A stretch of 54,819 nucleotides of DNA, filler included, from Catajapyx aquilonaris (Eukaryota), in the NCBI GenBank assembly GCA_000934665.2. It is 2 parts of 2 records of this genome, joined end to end, with 100 filler letters (N's around TTAATTAATTAA, not from the genome) between each part and the next. Parts side by side here need not be neighbours in the genome. Positions count along the whole stretch, not along the records: positions 27,468 to 54,819 come from JYFJ02005067.1; 1 more part is not named here. One strand, 5' to 3'. Of this stretch, positions 50,610 to 54,819 are shown piece by piece (the stretch's first letter is position 1; every line of letters starts with the position of its first letter). Made by a program: the position numbers and the translations under genes. The notes under the pieces were generated by a model. That model had not been told where the DNA came from. It searched no databases and saw only the letters and a program-made list of their open reading frames with translations.

Positions 50610-51058
50610 TAGGCTTGCATACATAACAGTCTTTTGAATGCAGAGTCAGGCTTGACTCCAAGTTGACATGGGGTTAACCCTGTGGCAAAGGAACGAGTTA
50701 GGTTAAACCTTGGTCTGGGAGCAGAGTGGACTCCAGCAGCCAAGTCTAAGAGCATTTTTGAAAGTGGCAGGCAGAGTCCAATTGGGAGAAGTATTTTGAA
50801 GCTACTGGAGAAAGTCGAGGTGATGAGGTATGGTACAACCTCATTGAGATGCATAGGAGGGACTTCGCGGAGTTGCACAATGGCATTTCGTCCTGAGACA
50901 AGAAAAAGAGCTGGTTCCGAGTTGGAGTCAAGTAATCGTGTACATGTTTTTTTTGCTATGTATGCAGACCTAACTTGACCGTGGGTTCAACCTTGACTTG
51001 CTTTCAATCTTGGGTTACACAACTCTACAATTTGCGTATCACTATGTACATGAACCTT
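50610..51058. mobile_element. Degenerate MITE-like element
   Basis: Imperfect inverted ends TTAGGCTTGCATACATA / TATGTACATGAACCTTAA and internal inverted TTGACTCCAA / TTGGAGTCAA. Confidence 0.4.
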
Positions 51059-51765
51059 AATCACTGTAACACAAAGAACCACTGTACTAATTTCTACCTC
51101 AGATTTACATAAAGTAATGTGTTAAACTAACATGGGCCACAACATAGTGTAGATTGGTGATATTTTCCCACATTCTCATCAAAAGTTTTTTTCAGGTGCA
51201 AAGCAAATATGAGCAAACTTGTCCATGACAAAACAGTATATCTGGATCACTTATACATAATGACTCTGCATTACCACTGTTCAACAATTCCATGTCCTCC
51301 ATGGAAAACATTACTGGTATACTGTATATAAACCATACACCAACAATAAAGCGAACAAAGCACCGAAAACACAGGAGCATAATGTAAAATATGCTTTCAC
51401 AAGTAAGAGAGAGACAACTTGGGCGCGTAACAAACGGCATTTACACAGCAAGCGAAAATTTCCACCGGACGAGCCATTCCAACATAGGAGCATTGTTCGA
51501 AGTTTGTTATTCGAAGTACGATGTTCCACGGCAGTTATTAGTACATACTAACACTTACACATTCCACCAAATAAGTAATGTCCTGTGATTTACTTATTCT
51601 ATCAGTAAATACAGGTGACTTGATGAGCATCCATCTGTGGTTTCTTACTCACAAGGCATCTTACTAATTAAAGGCTAATGCTAATTTCTTCTCCTTTGAA
51701 CAACACAATAATTAACATTCACATCTGTTACGTTCATTTGTGAGTGTGACATGTTTCCAACTTTC

Positions 51766-52731
51766 TTATGAAATGGTGGGGGCTAGATTAAGTTCAGGCA
51801 CTGTTTCTGTGGGATGTGCAAGCACCAGGTGAGATTTCATGCTTTGTGAGTAACCAAACTCCCTATCACAATATGGACATGCAAATGGTTTATCACCAGT
51901 ATGAACCTGCATATGCCTTTTCAGAGTGGAACATTGCCTGAACTGCTTAGGACACATTGTGCAACTGAATGGCTTTTCTCCAGTGTGCACACGCAAGTGA
52001 TCTTTCAAAGCTGATGCCTGTCGAAACCTTTTGTCACATATGGGACAACCAAAGGGCTTCTCTTCGGAGTGTGTCCTCATATGCTTTTTCAACAACAAAG
52101 GTACCACAAAAGTTTTACTGCATATGTAACAACTCAATGGTTTTTGATCTTCGTGCGACTGCAAATGTTTTTTCAGAGATGTTAAATGCTTCACCTTCTT
52201 GCCACACACATGGCAAGAGTATTGTTCTTCAGCGATGTGCTTTAGTGAATGATCCTTGAAGAAGCTCCACTCAGTAAATGTCTTATCACACACCTGACAA
52301 ACAAAGGGACTGTCTACGACCGAACAGGAGTGATCTCTCAAGTCTTCCGATCTTGCAAAAGATCTCTGACACAAGTCACAAGCACATTGATTTTCACTAT
52401 GGCGAATGGTTAGGCGTGTTGCCACACAACTGCCTGAGGGCAATGCTTCTTGACGTGACCATTTTTTCCTGATTGGCTCACTGATTCTCACAATGCTATC
52501 GCTTTCACCTGGAATTCCGACACTGTTAAATACGACAAGTGCACTCTCAGTTGGAGATTCCTTGTTGTCCAAACTATGCTCACTTGTATCATTTGTGCTA
52601 ATGCGTGTAAGTTTAGACTGATTAAAAACAATCACCTCTTGATTATTGTCACTGCTTCCTATTTCTTCGAGCTCGGGTGCCTCTGTTTGTGGTAAGTCTC
52701 CTGCTGAAGGCATTGAGTAGCTGCGAATAAC
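51766..52731 (-). CDS. C2H2 zinc-finger protein, terminal exon (6 canonical fingers plus 1 degenerate finger)
   Basis: Acceptor TATTTTTAG at 52732, phase 0 (VIRSYSMPSAG...); tandem CxxC-x12-HxxxH fingers with TGEKPF/SEEKPF/TGDKPF linkers; stop at 51768-51766. Confidence 0.93.
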   Translation of the reverse strand, partial: VIRSYSMPSAGDLPQTEAPELEEIGSSDNNQEVIVFNQSKLTRISTNDTSEHSLDNKESPTESALVVFNSVGIPGESDSIVRISEPIRKKWSRQEALPSGSCVATRLTIRHSENQCACDLCQRSFARSEDLRDHSCSVVDSPFVCQVCDKTFTEWSFFKDHSLKHIAEEQYSCHVCGKKVKHLTSLKKHLQSHEDQKPLSCYICSKTFVVPLLLKKHMRTHSEEKPFGCPICDKRFRQASALKDHLRVHTGEKPFSCTMCPKQFRQCSTLKRHMQVHTGDKPFACPYCDREFGYSQSMKSHLVLAHPTETVPELNLAPTIS

Positions 52732-53663
52732 CTAAAAATAAAGAAATATTTAGTATACATCTGTTGTAATGCCATCCTACAACACCATAAAGCCATCTAC
52801 ATCCTGGTAGTTATAACATAGTTTAGTTTTAAGGATCCACCAAATGGCATGGGCTGCTCTGGTACAAAGGACAATGTGGACAACACTGACTGGCATATCC
52901 TCAAGACTTAAGACTAAAACTCTGCAAAACCACCCACATGCAGACCCCATAATTCACTGATGACAGAAATCATGTTCCCTACTTAAACAGAACCAGTCAA
53001 GTGCTCATGACCTTTAAAAAAAACAAAAAAAAAACATTCAGTGGTAATATTCTCTTCGCCCCGTCCCCATCCTTTACACTCTGACACTCCCATGTGCCCA
53101 ATGCCCCACCAGTCCACCACCATACTGAACTAGCCTCTTACACTGAAAGACTCCAGCACAAATGGTAGTGCAGTAGTACATTTTTGTAATATAAAAACAT
53201 AGGCTATAATATATTATGCAGGCATATGCAGCCACCAAATAATAATGATGCACTGATTTTTATGTCTCAATCACAGTAGTATGGTAACACCTACATGCAC
53301 CAGCATACTCGCAATGAAAAAGTAAATCCTGGAGATGCACAGCTTGCCATTGATGTATTACATTAATTTTTGCTTAACAGCAAAAGTGGGATCGGCAGTC
53401 CTTCACTGGCAATTTGTACTACCAGACGGCAATTACATCCTGTTACCCTAGTAATAATCCCATCATGTCATCTAGGTACGCTACTGAATCCAAAGTATGC
53501 CTATACAATCAATGCATCTAACTTTAATGCAGTAGAATCCAGATATAACAGACTTCAAGGGACTGCAGAAAAAAGGCTGTTACTGCCAAATCGCCACTTT
53601 TGCAACAAATAAACGGTTTTCTGTTGTCAAAATGCCACTAATGTGCAGTTGTGCACTACTTCA

Positions 53664-54275
53664 CAGTGGCGTTGCTAGGCAGGTGCGGGGGGTGCAGACC
53701 GCACCGGGTGACACCCTCAAAGGGGGTGACACCCAAGTGCATGATTGTTAAAAAATTATTTCCTAATTTTATATCACCTAATACGCTAATAGCACCGCCA
53801 CACCGGGTGACACGAGTGACACAGGGACACCCTCAAAGGGGGTGATACCCAATAGATTGTAAAAATTTCTTGCGCATTTTATCCGGGAGAGGGTCCTGGC
53901 CCTTGGGCCAGGGAGGTGTGTGTGTGTGGGTGATCAGACATTGCTATCCTTGTGAGGATTTTTTTCGCTTGTTTCCTATCCTTGTGAGGACCGAAAACCT
54001 TACGAGGACTTTTTTCAGGCCCTCATAAGGTACACAGTCCTCACAAGGATGGCGGAAAATCAAACCAAGACCTCCTTTTTACTGTGAAAAAATAGGTCAC
54101 CAAAATATCGTGTGTTTTTTGTAGGTTAGGTTAGGTTAGGTTAGGTTAGGTTAGTTTTAAATTTTTATTTTTGCCAGACCCTCACAAGGATAGCACATTA
54201 TAACATGTGTGCGTGTGTGTGTGTGTGACACCACCAGTTGCCGCACAGTTGACAACAACACTAGCGACGCCACTG
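53664..54275. mobile_element. hAT-type MITE (nested)
   Basis: CAGTGGCGTTGCTAG...CTAGCGACGCCACTG with a perfect 8-bp TSD CTACTTCA. Confidence 0.88.
53935..54205. mobile_element. Small TIR element flanked by (GT)n and carrying an internal (TTAGG)n tract
   Basis: TGCTATCCTTGTGAGG (53942-53957) and CCTCACAAGGATAGCA (54180-54195); (GT)n at 53916-53928 and 54206-54227; about 6 TTAGG units at 54122-54154. Confidence 0.65.
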
Positions 54276-54702
54276 CTACTTCATACTGATTAATAATGAA
54301 ATTATCCCCCAAAAAATCAAAATTAGCTTACCCTTACATTAGGGAGGAGCAAAAAATCAGTAATATTCTCTTGCCGTCTCCTTCTTGCCAAATATCCCAG
54401 AAAATGAATGATTTCAATTTTGACATTTGTGGCCAAGTGTTACATCAATGACAGACGGAAAAATCACCCCATCTCCAGTATGCAGTGCTTTCCTCACATG
54501 GGAAAGGAAGCTGAGTAATCAAAAGCAGTGTATTTTCCCACAGGGGGGCCAAGAAATGGTCTGTTATAGCCGATGTGAGGTGAAAAGGAGTGTTATATCA
54601 GGAGTAAAAATACACAGGGCCTTATGAAAGTATTCCAGGACCGGGCTTTCAAGTCTGTTGTAGCCGAGGCTGTTATAACTGGAGTCAACTGTAATAACTT
54701 AC

Positions 54703-54740
54703 CAGTATTTTGGGTAATTCCGCCTGTCCTGTGTCAGATT
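54703..54740 (-). CDS. 38-nt internal exon of the zinc-finger gene
   Basis: TTTCTTTTCAG acceptor and CTG|GTAAGT donor; encodes xSDTGQAELPKIL and ends in phase 0, matching the terminal exon. A further possible donor GAG|GTACCG lies at 54817/54816. Confidence 0.7.
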
Positions 54741-54819
54741 CTGAAAAGAAACAGATGATGTGTTAGTGGATCAAGAAAGTAACCTTCTTCTTTTGCAAAA
54801 TATTTAAGTACGGTACCTC

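Larger units (their letters stand above)
53530..54691. mobile_element. Tigger/pogo-like element with nested insertions in the zinc-finger gene intron
   Basis: CAGTAGAATCCAGATATAACAG ... CTGTTATAACTGGAGTCAACTG|TA inverted ends; same family as 8850 and 48745. Confidence 0.6.

Noticed and set aside
54122..54154. Telomere or chromosome-fusion scar
   Set aside because: Only about six TTAGG units, located inside a small TIR element within an intron.

Overview
Intron-rich animal genomic DNA, probably arthropod (inferred from protein style and the TTAGG motif). It consists of two segments joined by an artificial 100-nt spacer (44 N + TTAATTAATTAA + 44 N, 27368-27467). Recognisable genes are the last three exons of an ABCC/MRP transporter (+), a complete but strongly diverged CFAP20/BUG22-like gene (-, 3 exons, 194 aa), the first coding exon of a rhodopsin-class peptide-receptor-like GPCR (-), a complete MED27 (+, 6 exons, 320 aa) and the 3' end of a C2H2 zinc-finger gene (-). 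The intergenic and intronic DNA holds many tRNA-derived SINEs, hAT, Tc1/mariner and Harbinger-like non-autonomous elements, plus mariner and Sola2-like transposase relics. The most interesting unexplained structure is a ~450-bp tandem array (about 12.3-20.1 kb) interrupted by three transposons. Each unit carries two pre-miRNA-sized hairpins that show compensatory base-pair changes between copies, which makes it a candidate lineage-specific microRNA cluster of about 10 hairpins. All alignments and folds were done by eye; no searches or folding programs were run.
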